Positions 1-12,699 of a stretch of 64,000 nucleotides of DNA are shown piece by piece. The stretch's first letter is position 1; every line of letters begins with the position of its first letter. The notes below the pieces were generated by a model. It was given only the letters and a program-made list of their open reading frames with translations. It was not told the origin of the DNA and did not search any database. A program made the position numbers and the translations under genes. The DNA is from Lingula anatina (lineage: Eukaryota > Animalia > Brachiopoda), in contig CM120641.1 of assembly GCA_051362555.1 (NCBI GenBank), positions 30,324,401 through 30,388,400 of the forward strand. The letters run 5' to 3'.

Positions 1-1078
1 ATATTAGTTCAAGGAACTTAAATTGCGGAAGATCGTCAACGGGAGATCATTATATTTTAACACCCTGTAAATTTTTAGGAAGTGACAGATGGTAATTTTA
101 GAAGGCCTGACACTCAATCCTGGGAAAAGCCCTGCATGCAACAAACGTTCCCAAGTGCGTAATTTTTTTAACATGTCGCGTCCAGGTTATGATGCAAGGT
201 TGCAATTAGGCTTATCTTGATCCTTCTCCTCCGAGAAAATAATTCTCAACATGTTTTCGGGTACAGTAAGTTAAATGTAACTTAATCGAGATTCACTAAT
301 AAATAGATTATTATTTACCACCAGAAAATGACTTAGGAAGTAGTAATAAATATCCCACCATATAGGAGGGTCAAAGATAACAGTCGCTAAGGATAAAAGC
401 CCAAAGGCCGGATTTTTGAAAATTTCGTCATACCCTGGAGTCGGGGAGAGGTAATTTTGAAAAATTAGTCGGATTTACACAATTAAAAATATTAATTAAT
501 TTTTAAGCGACGAAATTTTCAAGACTTTACCGTAACTTCAAGGTCATGTGGGAGAAATGGTACGGCGCCCGTACCGAACGTAAGCATGCTAGTCCATAGA
601 CACTTACAGTACAAAAATAAGGAAAATTAATTTCTATTTCATCGTACGGCGTCTGTGAAAAATGTAACCTAAGCTTTAGTAGAACGTAAATCTTTACACC
701 TAATGCTTTCGTTTATAGCCGTTTTAATCATTTTTATTATGGCAGGTGTGATTTTTTGCATTTTTGCCCAGAAATTGACTAGTTTCTGACAATAATGATG
801 ATACCCTACACACACACACACATTAACAATCTCCGACATATGTTCTAAGATATTTTTGTGAAATTTAATCATCCGTAAAGATGTTCCTGCTCATAAATGA
901 ATTATTTTGTTTTCCGATTTTATTTGTCTCAGATAAACCTGTTTTAAATATTTTTCTCTCCCCCTCCCTCTCTCGCTCGTTTTCTTAATCTTTGTTGCTA
1001 ACATAAAATATGTTCTCTTTCACCGTGAAGACATTTCATATGAGCAATCTCAGTAAATATGGGAAATGAGCCATAGGC

Positions 1079-1215
1079 TTCCCTCTACCAAGGCCGCAGT
1101 TATTATGCTGTGGATATTATTTGCTTTTACAGTACAGAGATAAGCCATCTGTTTAACCAGAGATGCATCTTTTAATATCTAGTGAAAAATCAAACTATGG
1201 CCCTGGTAGAGGGTA
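1079..1215. mobile_element. MITE with ~17-bp TIRs and 9-bp TSD, inserted in a dispersed repeat
   Basis: Ends read ttccctctaccaaggcc ... ggccctggtagagggta, flanked by gccataggc / gccagaggc. Uninterrupted copies of the host repeat read gccacaggctgcggtgt (29057, 31198). The same right end recurs at ~38370-38408. Confidence 0.65.
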
Positions 1216-1244
1216 GCCAGAGGCTGCGGTGTGTTGATTTTGAT

Positions 1245-1318
1245 GCTGTCTCAACCATGATTGTGACGGACTCCACAAATATCAGCCAATTGTGTTTGTG
1301 AAGACATAACGCGAGACG
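1245..1318. repeat. Dispersed ~75-bp conserved repeat core (other copies ~2635, ~29087, ~29718, ~31227)
   Basis: gctgtctcaaccatgattgtgacggactccacaaatatca...gtgaagacataacg(c/t)gagac recurs five times. Four copies have a terminal gtctc/gagac stem; the ~2635 copy is degenerate. Confidence 0.8.
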
Positions 1319-2465
1319 GGGAGGGGGATGAAATGTTTATAAAGAAATTACCTAATAAATCAATGGAAATGAAAACATGCTAAATTAGATGTCGACGAAT
1401 CTTTAAGCAGAGAAAGTTGGATTAAAAGGAAATATGTTGAAATAAAACGGCACTAAAATGATGGGTGGAGGGTATGATGATGGTATAAAAGGTTTGGGAG
1501 AGTCGGGGAAATTGAGTTTTGAGAGCGTTCGGGTGTTTACTGGTGTCTTTTAACTTTAACACACCAGTTTATTCAAACTTTTGCAGCTTTTGTCTTTAAA
1601 AATCCCTGTAAAGATTATTTTTTAAATTTATGTAACCACCGTATGTTTCAGCTATAGTAATTCCTAAAGGTGAACTTAAAATACATGACGTCTATTTAGA
1701 AAGAGCGCCATTTCAAAAATCGCAGCCCTGGAAAATTAACTGGCAAAGCGTGAACGATACGAAAGGAACTAAAATTAAAATGGGCTAAAAATGGAACATA
1801 AACTGCCGACAGAATTTACTTGGAGTCAAAGTTTGCTATTTTTGAACTACACAAACTGTCAGCTTTAATTTTCACATCAAGTATGTTTGCTGACTTGCAC
1901 GAAATATTCACATTTTCATTTATGCACTGGGACCTATTTGCGTGACAATCCAGAATATATACATCAGAAAACATAAAACAGAAGTGGTAATGAATGAGCC
2001 GAATTGCCGAACTGTCAACATTGGCAATGGACTAAAATAGTATGGTTTGAAGGGCAGAAAGATAATTTTATCTTATTTTTAAATTAAAAATGAATTTGTT
2101 ACGAAGTGACATATTTGGGACTTCACAAAGAAATCTGAACAATATTTCAAAAATGTTCCAGTAACATAAAAAGTTAGGCTAACGACTGAGTGTCACCTCT
2201 ACCTGAGGTGTGCAATAAGCCACTCAACGCAAACTGAAATATCGGGGCGCAAAAATTGACTTGTTTTAATTATTGATTAAAACAGGCTGTTAGTACGACC
2301 AAGTTGTAAAACAGCCGGTAAAACTCTTGAAACATTGAAAGACTTGAATTGGAATATAATAAATTTTTTAATTGCCTATTTAATTTTTCTATATCATTTT
2401 GTATAGTCAAAGTATTTTAGCAAACTGCTGACAACACATTTATAACCGAGGCGTTTCTTTCCACT

Positions 2466-2468
<3 letters not shown>

Positions 2469-2500
<32 letters not shown>
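2469..2500. repeat. (GT)n microsatellite
   Basis: Direct reading of the sequence. Confidence 0.95.
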
Positions 2501-2501
<1 letters not shown>

Positions 2502-3626
2502 GTGGGGGACGTAGGTCTTGCGCGGGAATCTCCCTCTCTGGCAATTGTCAATATTGACAGGTATGTAATGGTCCGGGAGAATATAGGAAGTTGAGTTACA
2601 ACAGGGTTAATGCTACAGTATTTGACCTCATAGTCTGTCTCATCATGATTGTGACGGTGTCCATGAAAATCATCATATTGTGCTAGTGAAGACAACGATA
2701 AATGATAGAGGGCGCTGATATGATCATTTTCATATAATTTCTCCGGAGTATAGTAAGAAAATTTTAAAATACTAAAAACTTTTTGTACTAAATAGTTACA
2801 CTTATTTCAAAACTGTCCAAATTTCTTGTATTTCATTTATATGAGAAAAGAGTACCATGTAACAGTGATAACTGTGCTTGAAGCCCCTGCATGCGATAGA
2901 TTTTTTTACTCTGGGAATTCACGTCGAGACGTTGTCTAGGATCAAGAAGCCGAACAACTAAAGCTAATTATCTGTAAAATTTTACCTATTTATAATAACA
3001 CGCTTTATATTAATGATCATCGGTCTATTTGATCAATGCTTTTATCAAGCTTTATTATTTTCTCTCATAGCGACTCATAATATATCATAATATAACCCAG
3101 TAAGTTTGAGAATTGAAAAAAAAAACACGGTTATCAATTTAGTGCCATAACAGTGAAATATGCACGGTGACGACGACGGACGCAGGCGATGGCGATGTTT
3201 ATATACACATATACACTGCATGCGACTTTTGGTAGGCCCCAGATAAATAAAGTTTTTTAAGTCGGGCCTAGTCCGTAGTACTAAACAACATTGGTCAAAA
3301 AGGTTGTCCCACCCCCAGTTTTATGTGTTTTTATTAATAAACGATCATACCACATTAGTTAATTGCTATGAATAGTGATTTTCATTCCAGATACCATTAG
3401 TTACATGATTATTGGTACAGAAAATACAAACTACTAGTTAAGATATCCGTGTCATATTTAATACCATTTATTCACATTTATTACATGTACCCCCTCAAAT
3501 CCGAAGTTCCAGTGTCATTTCCAAGGAGGTAAAGAAATTCCCATTTAATTGAAATGACACCACCGAAAGTCACCAAATTTACACACATTTAGCATTAGGG
3601 TATGCTCGTTAAAGGTCACGTGTCTA

Positions 3627-4000
3627 TTAGCATGTGTGGCCACATGTGTAATTATCTCCTGTAGACGGCGCCACTGCCTTCAACAAGGGCAGCAATTCTG
3701 TTTTGTGGGATATTGCCCCATGTTTCCTAAAAAGCTTGGCGGAATTGGTCCGGACTATTTGTGATTTGGTTCTCCTTTGGATTGCACACTTCAATTCATG
3801 CCACGGGTGCTCAGTAGGTTTATTATCATGATTCAAAGATTGTTTCTCCAGCCTCAGAACATTGGGTTTCTGCAACAAATCATGATCACTCACCACATGA
3901 GAACTGTGTGCAAGTGTGCTGTCATGATGAAGCCTGGATCACCCCTGAAGTACCCTCTTGCAGATGGAATGAGGTATCAGTTGAGAAAGGTAGGTTCAGT
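3627..4000 (-). pseudogene. Degraded Tc1 transposase C-terminal fragment (left arm)
   Basis: Translates LHHDSTLAHSS...QSLNHDNKPTEHPWHELKCAIQRR, resembling Tc1 FQHDNAPAH...WPSQSPDLNPIEHLWDEL. Confidence 0.75.
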
Positions 4001-4039
4001 GACCCCAGAACTACCAGAACGTGGTCAATCATCACTATA

Positions 4040-4593
4040 GGAACAAGTTGGTTTTGCTGAAGAATCAATGTATTTCTTGTATTCCATCGATGGTCAAATT
4101 AGGGTCCATAGACATGTTGCAGAATGCATTTTGGAAGGTTTGAGCACGATAATATCGACTGAGGTGTCAGATCAGTCCACGTTTGGCAAGAATTCCAAGC
4201 CCATGGTTTTAGTGCATTGTTCTTTCCAGAAAAGAACGTTATTGGGGCAATTCACTGAAACATTCTCAACAAATATCTCACTCCATTTGCAAGAGGTGAC
4301 TTCAGGGATACTGCAGGCGTCATCGTAGAAATGCACTTGCTCACAACTCTCGTCTGCAGAGTGATTTGTTGCAGAAACCCAATTTTCAGAGGATAGAACA
4401 ACCACCTCTGAGCCTTGTTATTACCCTTATTAAACATCTGTGGCATGACTTGAAGTGTGCAATGCAAAGGAGAACCAACCTCTTAATAATCTGGACCAAC
4501 TCCCCCAAGCTCTTTAGGAAGAATGGGGCAATATCCCATAAAACAGAATTGTTACCCTTGTTGAAGGCAGGCCGCGCCACCTACAGGAGGTAA
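4040..4593 (+). pseudogene. Degraded Tc1 transposase catalytic domain (right arm)
   Basis: *EQVGFAEESMYFLYSIDGQIRVHR resembles WxxVLFSDES..DGRVRVWR; HRRNALAH resembles QDDNARAH; LIKHLWHDLKCAMQRR resembles PIEHLWDEL. Stops and frameshifts are present. Confidence 0.8.
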
Positions 4594-6086
4594 TTAAAGT
4601 ACGCGATAAACACAAACGCTATTAAATAATGAGCCTTTAACGAGCACACCCTAATGGTAAATGTGTGTAAATTTGGTGACATTTGGTGGTGTCATTTCAA
4701 TTTAGTGGACATTTCTTTACCTCTGTGAAAATAACAGTGAAACGTCGAATTTGAGGGGGTACATGTAATAAATGTGAATAAATGGTATTAAATATTGATA
4801 TCTTCACTGCTAGTTTGTGTTTTCTGTCTGACTAATCATGTTAGTTATGGTATTTGGAATGAAAATCACTATTTATAACAATCTTCACCTATGATGTGAT
4901 CATTTATGAATAAAAGCACATGATACTGAAGGTGGGACAACCTTTTTGACCAATGTTGTATTATGTGCAACGAATAACATTTACTTCAGTTGGAGGATCT
5001 TCTTTTTGTTTTATCACTGATTAAAAATATTGTGTTACTTGAAAGCTTAAATGAAGTATTGAAAGATCGCTCAACATGAAATCTCTTCTATTTGCCCCCT
5101 TGGTTTTATTATTATCATTTATTAACTTTGAAATTTTCCTTGGTGGGATGGTCTTCGCTACATTTACTTCAATTTTGCTGAGAGGTTATAACAGGAAACA
5201 TAACGAACTTTGTATATATACAGTGTATGGTTGACATGTTTATATTTAGTACAGTGTTGATTGATGGCCAGGTGGGTCAGAACACCACGCGAGAACAGAC
5301 TGTGCGTGCGGTGTGATTTAAATGCAGGAATACGTAGTCTGTGACTGCATACATACGACTGAGTGCCCAGATCAGTTTCGTTCAATACACTTTACAAATC
5401 TGAAGAACATTTTCTCTAGTCTTCGAATTACGGACACACTTAAATGTATAAGACCTTGTTTGGCTAATTATTAGTAAAATGTTGTTTAAACTATTATCAC
5501 TATTTTCCCGCGTCAATGTGCTGTCTTTATTAATTTGTTTCCAATTCCTCATTTATTTTTTAATTTTTTTATTCATTCATTTTTAATCAAATTAATACTA
5601 CCATTTCTCTGTTTTTTCTGAAAGCAAACAAACAATTTTATCTGCATTTCGTTTGATGTTAGGGAGGATTCTGAATAAGAGGTTAAGCAAATAATAATGA
5701 AACTGCATGGTAAAAAAAGATTAGTTTCGAAACTTGTTTATTTCTGTCATGGGGCAGTGGTAAATCAATTAAAACTTACAGTAATTTCATCAAAGAGATA
5801 CCTGAATGAGTGAGATTATCTGTTTCCCCTCCTCTGCCTCTGCCTCTGCCTGGAGATAGAATTTTATGAAAAGCTGGCATTTATAATTTTTCTCAATATC
5901 ACATTTTCAATCTCATTATTATATTCATTTCAGCGGGGAATTGTCCGGGGGGGGGGGGGTACCTGGATAGATGTTTGAGCTCTTATATTATCTGAAGACC
6001 AAGATGAATAAGAACATTTGAAGTTTTTTTTTCAAATAATACGTCCACGAAATTGCTTTGGGAAGATAACGATTTCGGGACTTCCA

Positions 6087-6341
6087 GGTCTTATAAACTG
6101 ATTAGGCGTTTAATGACAATAGCCGCAGATCTTTCAGCACTAACGCTCATATTAACCACAAAACCCACGAATTAACCAACACACCACACACTTATTTAGC
6201 ACCAACAAAACGATATCTAGCACTAACATTCATCCGCTCGGGTAGTGTTGGTTAATTTGTATGTTTTTTTGGTTAATATGAGTGTTAGAGCTGAAAGATC
6301 TGCAGGTGGTGTTAGTAAACGCCTAATTTGTTTATATGACC
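6087..6341. mobile_element. MITE (long fold-back); partial second copy at ~30925-31022
   Basis: ggtcttataaactgattaggcgttta..gcagatctttcagcactaacgctcatattaacc is inverted as ggttaatatgagtgttagagctgaaagatctgc..taaacgcctaatttgtttatatgacc. Confidence 0.8.
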
Positions 6342-7315
6342 CCACTTCTAAGCAGCATACCAATTTGGCTATAGTTTTAAAGTCAACAACAACTCGTTAA
6401 ATTAGCTTTGCGCGACAAGGTTGTTTTTAGTAACACCCCAAACTGAATTGCTTGGTCTACTTTTAGCCCTGCCAAGTGACAGTGAGTATTGTATTGTGTA
6501 AGTTTGACCAAGGACGCGGGTAGAAGGCCCTAGGGTTGACCACATATGACACCATGACGCTGTCTCTGCGGCAGGGATATGGTGGCAACAGAGCAGAGAG
6601 TCTGGTTCATAAAGGGATGATCTGTTGTAAAATTTATTGCATGATTGGTTAAATATTAACATTAGAGTATAAGTGATCCATTAAGATATATTAAAAGGTG
6701 GACCTATCACTGTAAATATGCCACTATCAAGACAGGCGTTCTGCAGTTAGATTACCTGTTATGTACAATTTAATACCTATTAGGCCTACAACTAATACGT
6801 CAGCATGTACTGGTGTAAATGAGTGTGCAGCAGTTTTTGGCAGATATCTACACAACAAGAGGTCGCTAAACTACAACAAAATTTTACAAAGATTATACGC
6901 ACAACATATGCGAGTGGCTTGTTTCCAAATAATTTCTATTTAAAGATGACAGTGTACAGGATGGGTAGTGTGCTAGGAACAGTAGTCCGTTCCCCATTTC
7001 TTTGTACAGGTGACATTCGTCCCATATACTAACCCCAATACTTCAACTAACCCTAACGTGTACTAATTATCATATGGGAATCCGGGACTTCCATTTCTGT
7101 GAAAACGGGACGCAGCGTCGTTCAATTATCGATTAACTTCTTTTTATCAGGGACATCATGAATAGTTGTGGTGGACACATGTCAAAATATTTTGGGGGTG
7201 TTTGTGTTGTTATTTATGTTTTGTTAGTCCTGCAACATATATTTCGTGTATTATGAAAAGAAGAATTTCATCCTTGGGGGGGGGGGGGGGGGGGGTCTGA
7301 GGGGTTGCTGTTCTG

Positions 7316-7461
7316 GGCCCCGTAACTCGAAAGCACCGCGTATTGCGAATAGCGATACATGTATCACATAGAGGCTACACTGTATTATAGGGGGAGAGTA
7401 TGGGCGAGTTATGGAATCTAGACGCTTGCGCTCGGTGGCAATGCTTTCGAGTTACGGGGCC
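7316..7461. mobile_element. PIF/Harbinger-like MITE with CTG TSD
   Basis: Perfect 20-bp TIR GGCCCCGTAACTCGAAAGCA / TGCTTTCGAGTTACGGGGCC, with CTG on both sides. Confidence 0.8.
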
Positions 7462-8675
7462 CTGTTCTGTTGAAGAGCGAGCGTCATATACAATTAAAGT
7501 ACTGCTAAAATCCCGACCACAATTCAAGAAATCTCTTCAACTGAAGCGACCAGCAATTTTTTTCATGGACCAAGAAGCGTGCAGCCACTCCTGGGATAAT
7601 CTTTCCCGGATAGATTTTAGATAGCTTTTGTTCCATTTGTGAACACATCTTCTCTACTGCCCATTTCAAAGTGCTACATGTAGCTTGTACATTTATGTGG
7701 GCTGATAGAGTGAAATATATGCTAATACATGGACTTTGTGTGTACTTATTGAAAAAAAAACAACGCTTCCAAAGTACAAATATAATTTCTCAATATGTAA
7801 TCTCTAAAGGTTCTTGAGCACTCGTTAAGGAGGATTTCATACGAATATCATAACAATACACTTCACCTCTGTAATATCATTCTGTTTTAAGGAGGGTGAA
7901 GTGCATTAAGGGTATTATGTTTAGATTAGTGTTATCAATCAAAACCACCGAGTAATGAACCTGCCAAGTTTCCTGGTCTAGACCGAGGACATTATGTTAT
8001 ATAGTATAGATTAATACATCACTAAGGGACCGGGACCGGAGAAGGAAGGGGAGAAGAAGATTCCTTTGATCACCCTAAAAAATTGGAGACAACAATGAGG
8101 TTTTTAGGAGACAACAATGAGGTTTTTCCGGATTGATTGAATACCCCCCCCCCTCCCCCATTAAAAATAAACGTGTGAAAACTCTAATTTTAATTTCAAT
8201 TTTTTTTTTTGAGATCTGGCGAGTAGGGTGGCCAAGAAAAGTCTAAGTGGCGTGAGTGTTGATGATTGAAATTAAAATTATAATCATACACTGATACACA
8301 CACCAGTAGCACAACGAGAAGGAAGTTGGTATTTTGTGCACATTTGCAAACACATATAAAGGTCGCTATGGCAAAGTAAAAACATTTGGTTGGAAGAAAA
8401 CAACTAAACTGATTGAAAGAGAACGGTTTGTCCTTTTCGCATTAGGAAAAAACAATGCTTGTAAAGCTATATTTTAAACTACTCTCCTGAAATGTCTCGT
8501 TTCAAATTTGACTAAATATTTGCAGAGCGTCGATCCCTAAGTCAGCCAACGTTTGAACAAGAAAGAAGAGTTGATCTTCAAACTCTTCTTGTTGATAAGA
8601 TATGCTTTTCATTGGAAGTATACCCTTAACGATAAACTATATGCATGATTAAATAACCTCACTCGAAGGTGAAAC

Positions 8676-9087
8676 ATGGAATCGACAGGAGTTGGAGGGA
8701 TAGTACTCTCCGTCTTTTTCATAATTTTCGGGACTCGTTCGGCGCTTTCAAATGCTTATACTGTCATAGACACCTCGCCTACCACGGATCTGACGTTACG
8801 TTTATCAGAGCAACCGTTCCACGTCAACAATTCCATCACAGTACCACAGGGGGTAACGCTGAATGTAGAACCTGGCGTTACCGTTAAATTCGGCCCGGCT
8901 GTCGGTGTGCGCGTTGAGGGACGGTTTTTGGCAGTGGGACAACCGGACAAACGTATACTTTTCACGGCTGCAGACCCAAGCAATGTTGAAAGGTATGATA
9001 AGCAGTCACCCGTTTGGTTCGATGGTGCACGATTGGCCGGGGACTTCACGGAAACTCATCATGGACGCCTGGAACTTTTATACCAAG
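8676..9087 (+). CDS. Exon 1 of an SRCR-domain secreted/membrane protein (bark beetle/Anakonda-like N-terminus)
   Basis: ATG at 8676, hydrophobic signal peptide (GGIVLSVFFIIFG), then ITVPQGVTLNVEPGVTVKFGPAVGVRVEGRFLAVG...ILFTA (beta-helix/G8-like), then SRCR start ARLAGD...HGRLELLYQG. Phase-1 donor G|GTATCT at 9088. Confidence 0.88.
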
Positions 9088-9393
9088 GTATCTGCAGTCT
9101 AGAAAGTCTTTGTGTTTTTGGAGCATTTCTTTCTTTCTTGTTTTCTTTTTTCTTTTTGTAATTATCATAGGAGCCTAATGGGAAGGGGCCAAAGCGAAAT
9201 TACTATCCCTTCTCACATATTTAAATACATCAGTTATAAATGCAAGAGTCTCACCCCCCCTCCTCCCATGACCACAGACAGGCGTTATTCTTTAATCTTT
9301 TTGAATTATTAGCCCCCATCTGACTTTCTACTAACCGGAATATTCATTTTCACAAAAATTTGTTAAAGAGTACGTAACATTTTTTCCTTTCAG

Positions 9394-9609
9394 GTAGTTT
9401 TGGCACCGTTTGTCAAAATGGCTGGGGTAGTTCCTACTACAACAACAACAACAGAGTTGTTGCTAGGATGTTGGGATATCAAACGTGTACCAAAGTATAT
9501 AACAGAGGCAGTGGCACTGGAAGTATTCTTCTGAACAACGTGAGATGCAATGGACATGAGAGCTCCCTCTGGGACTGTCCTCACGATGGGGTCCGTGTAC
9601 ACAATTGTT
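9394..9609 (+). CDS. Exon 2, SRCR domain core
   Basis: Acceptor tttttcctttcag; in frame with exon 1: GSFGTVCQNGW...VVARMLGY...GSGTGSILLNNVRCNGHESSLWDCPHDGVRVHNC. 216 bp, phase 1-1, donor GTGAGT at 9610. Confidence 0.92.
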
Positions 9610-10748
9610 GTGAGTATCTTACTTACCTGTTATCTTTATTCATGTATTTACCACTTTTGAGAACCATGATATTGCAATTGTGTTATCTTTTATAATAGCC
9701 TAAGGCCAATGTCAGGGATGTTTCTTTGTTTGGTGATTGTCAGAGTGATCTATCACGAAAAAATTAAACTTATAATAATCAGGTCCATTTTTTCACTGCT
9801 AACCACAGAAAAGATAAACTCGACACTTTTACAGACGACTGTGTCTACATCATGTGAACATTTATTTTAACCTAATTTTTTTGTTTGTTTATTTGTCAAT
9901 TTTATTTCGAACATGAAAGTTTGCACATGTATTAGATGGAATATAATGTAAGTTCAGGTATTAATATCACTAGTATTTTGTGTCTTTAAGTGATTGCAAA
10001 AGTTCTCTTTGTGCAGTATTTGATACATTCTTGACAACTAGGGGAAGTTAGACAAACTTAATTAGTTAGACAGTCAGACAGAACTTTTTACCAAAAAAGA
10101 CAAAAAGTGAACTGTGGTCACAAGTCTGCTAGAAAGGAAAACAACACAAATCATTTTCTGTTTTACCAGTATTGTGTTGTACCGATGATGGAATTTGGAC
10201 CATTTACTCCACGTGCGACATGCACTCATTCTGGTTTCAAATAGCTGTTGTTGGTACGTTCTTAAACATTACTTACAATGAAGACATGAAGCTATATACC
10301 GATGTGAAATGTAAGAGTTTGACCATTTGATTTTTTATCAGGTAGTTTGTAAAAGGTTATCATGATTTCTATACTGCTCTGTTATAATATGTATAGTGGC
10401 AGATCCAGGATGTTGCTAACAGCAGAGGGGGCGTCAACACAAGTATCAATAAATTCTGTCTAGTTTCTCGTGGCAATATTCAATGTTAGGCTGAGGTAAT
10501 ATTACTGTCATATATACCGTGCAGATATGGAACATGCTTTAAGAAAGGCCTGCCCTGTTCACCTTAGCTGCTGGTGACCCTGTCCTTGGGTATGTCTTTG
10601 CATGGAAACCAAAATGATAAAGTATCATACAGTTATTGTCTGTCTTTCTGTTGTTAGTAATCTATAGTTAAGGAATGGAGATAATGTAATATCAGTTTAC
10701 AGTTAGAACAATATAGAGGAGCTGAATGTCAGTTTGTACCGGCCTGAC

Positions 10749-10877
10749 AGGAATGGAAGTCCGTTAGGAACCGTAGTCCTCTCCCCGTTATTTTGTACAG
10801 GTGACATTCGTCCCATATACTTACCCTTATACGACGACTAACCATAACCTGTACTAATAATATGGACTTCCATTCCT
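10749..10877. mobile_element. MITE; related copy at ~6960-7100
   Basis: TIR aggaatggaagtcc / ggacttccattcct. Internal tttgtacaggtgacattcgtcccatatact is shared with 7001-7030. Confidence 0.65.
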
Positions 10878-10899
10878 ATAGGACCACCATTCCTGCCAC

Positions 10900-11372
10900 A
10901 CAGTTTTTTCCTATTTTTGCTGACTGATAAATGGAAACAAGGATTAAAATCTGTTTTTATAACTTTTAATATCTTTTATGTCATTGTGACATCAGTTCAT
11001 TAATTGAATTTGCCAGTGAAGCAATTAAAAATGCATTGCCTGTTCTATGTCACACGACAAACATTAAAAACGAGAATTTAGATCTCCCCATTTTCCAAAT
11101 TATCGTCTTTTAAATACAGACTTGACAATTAATATGGAATATTCTTTTCCAAATCATTTTTCATCAGTTTTTTCCTATTTTGCTGACTGATAAATGAAAA
11201 TAAGGATTAAAATCGTGTTTTAATAACTTTTAATTATCTCTTTGATATCATTGTGACATCAGTTCATTAATGGAATTCACCAGAGAAGCAAACAAAAACA
11301 CATTGCCTATTCTACGTCATACGACAACAATTAAAAGAGATATTTTGGATCTCCATATTTTCCAAATTTTTT
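10900..11372. repeat. Tandem duplication of a ~265-bp unit (2 copies)
   Basis: cagtttttt(t)cctatttt(t)gctgactgataaatg...gatctcc..attttccaaatt occurs at ~10901 and ~11165. Confidence 0.85.
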
Positions 11373-11439
11373 CTGTAAAAGAGTAACATGCCTCACAAAG
11401 AACCCCCATGTCAGTGTCTAGTCACAGTAACGATCGCTG

Positions 11440-11940
11440 TTACGCTTGACCTCTTCTGTCTGCTACCAGCGCACTCAAGTGGCAAGGCATTCCTTGGGTT
11501 AGGTTTTTAGAGTTCAATCTGGAATAACATTCCAGCCATCGGTCAAAATCTGTCCAATCTGTGGTAGGACATGTAGTCCATTGATTTGGCGAGTAATGGC
11601 CTACCCACATATTGTCTATGTGGTTCAAATATGGCGATTTTGATTACCAAGGTAGCTGCTCATCCCATTGGTTCTGTAAATAACCTGCTATTAAAAGTGC
11701 TCTGTGTGTATCGGCAATTTCACTGTGCAACCTGAAATTGTTCCTAAGGTGCCCCCTATCAAATGATAGTCAAGTGGTTCCCAGATTAATCCTTTATTTG
11801 ATCTGGTTCAGGTTTTCGTGGATGACCATCATTGGTGTTTTGACACCAATGTGGTATCCACTCCAATTACTGACGCTGTTAATGACCTTAGTCAGTGGAC
11901 CACCAGGTAACTTTACATGTTGGAAAGGATAGGTGAACCA
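11440..11940 (-). pseudogene. Degraded Tc1 (DD34E-type) transposase fragment
   Basis: The minus strand gives SVSNWSGYHIGVKTPMMVIHENLN, EIADTHRALLIAGYLQNQWDEQLPW*SKSPYLNHIDNMW and GMPCHLSALVADRRGQA. These match the Tc1 motifs SVMVWG, DNARPH, WPSKSPDLNPIENMW and SMPRRLxAVIxARGG. Confidence 0.85.
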
Positions 11941-12699
11941 TTGTCTAGTGTGGTATAAGCATGGTTATCCCTTTATTTACTTGTGCACATTGTGGAAAAG
12001 TGATTGTGATTTTGCTGGCAAACAAAGTAATATTACATGAAAATTGACAACAAACCTGTTTTGTACATTGTTGAATTATTATTATTATCTGCTTTATGGC
12101 AGTATATTTAACAGCTTTGCTGCCTTGTTTTCATAATGCTTGTCATTCAGTTAAGCAATGTTATACTTTCTCAAACAAAAATCAAATATCTCTTCTTTGA
12201 ACTTGGTTCTTGCTAATTAAACCTCTGCAGTTCATATATCCTATTTTAATGTTTGTCATATACGTACATTACACAACATATAATGCAACATACATACAAT
12301 GAATGGGTCAAAGTTATGAGGGATCGAAGAAAATCATTTTGGTAACTTTACCACTGCATAACACCAGATAGAACTTTGCCTCACATTGGTTTCTCTTGTT
12401 GTGTTAAAAGAATGAACATTTAAATAACAATAATTGCTGTTTTATAATGGAAAGACATTGGAAATTGTGATTTCAACTGTTGCTAACTTGATGACAGTTT
12501 AAAGCTTGCTGTTGTATTATACATAGGGACCATTCAGAACGAGAAGAGCCCAGTGCTAGCCAGACCATGACCTAAATATGGCGGACCTACATGAAAGGAA
12601 GACCGCTTCATCCTGTTATAGTCTCTCCACCTCTTAAATGCCTCCCCACACATCGTTTCAGCAGGGCCACAGTAATTTAATCTCGGTTCAATTCAACCA

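Larger units (their letters stand above)
3286..4958. mobile_element. Non-autonomous Tc1/mariner element, near-palindromic, with ~700-bp inverted arms
   Basis: Termini CAACATTGGTCAAAAAGGTTGTCCCACC ... GGTGGGACAACCTTTTTGACCAATGTTG followed by TA. Inverted homology extends from 3286 to ~4005 versus ~4250-4958. Confidence 0.9.

Noticed and set aside
1-672. Right end of a DNA transposon (…gtgaaaaatgtaacc-taa)
   Set aside because: No matching left TIR inside the window, so it cannot be supported.
9088-9161. C-terminal hydrophobic tail of ORF 8676-9161 as a transmembrane anchor
   Set aside because: It is read-through into a T-rich intron; splicing at 9087/9394 restores a continuous SRCR domain.
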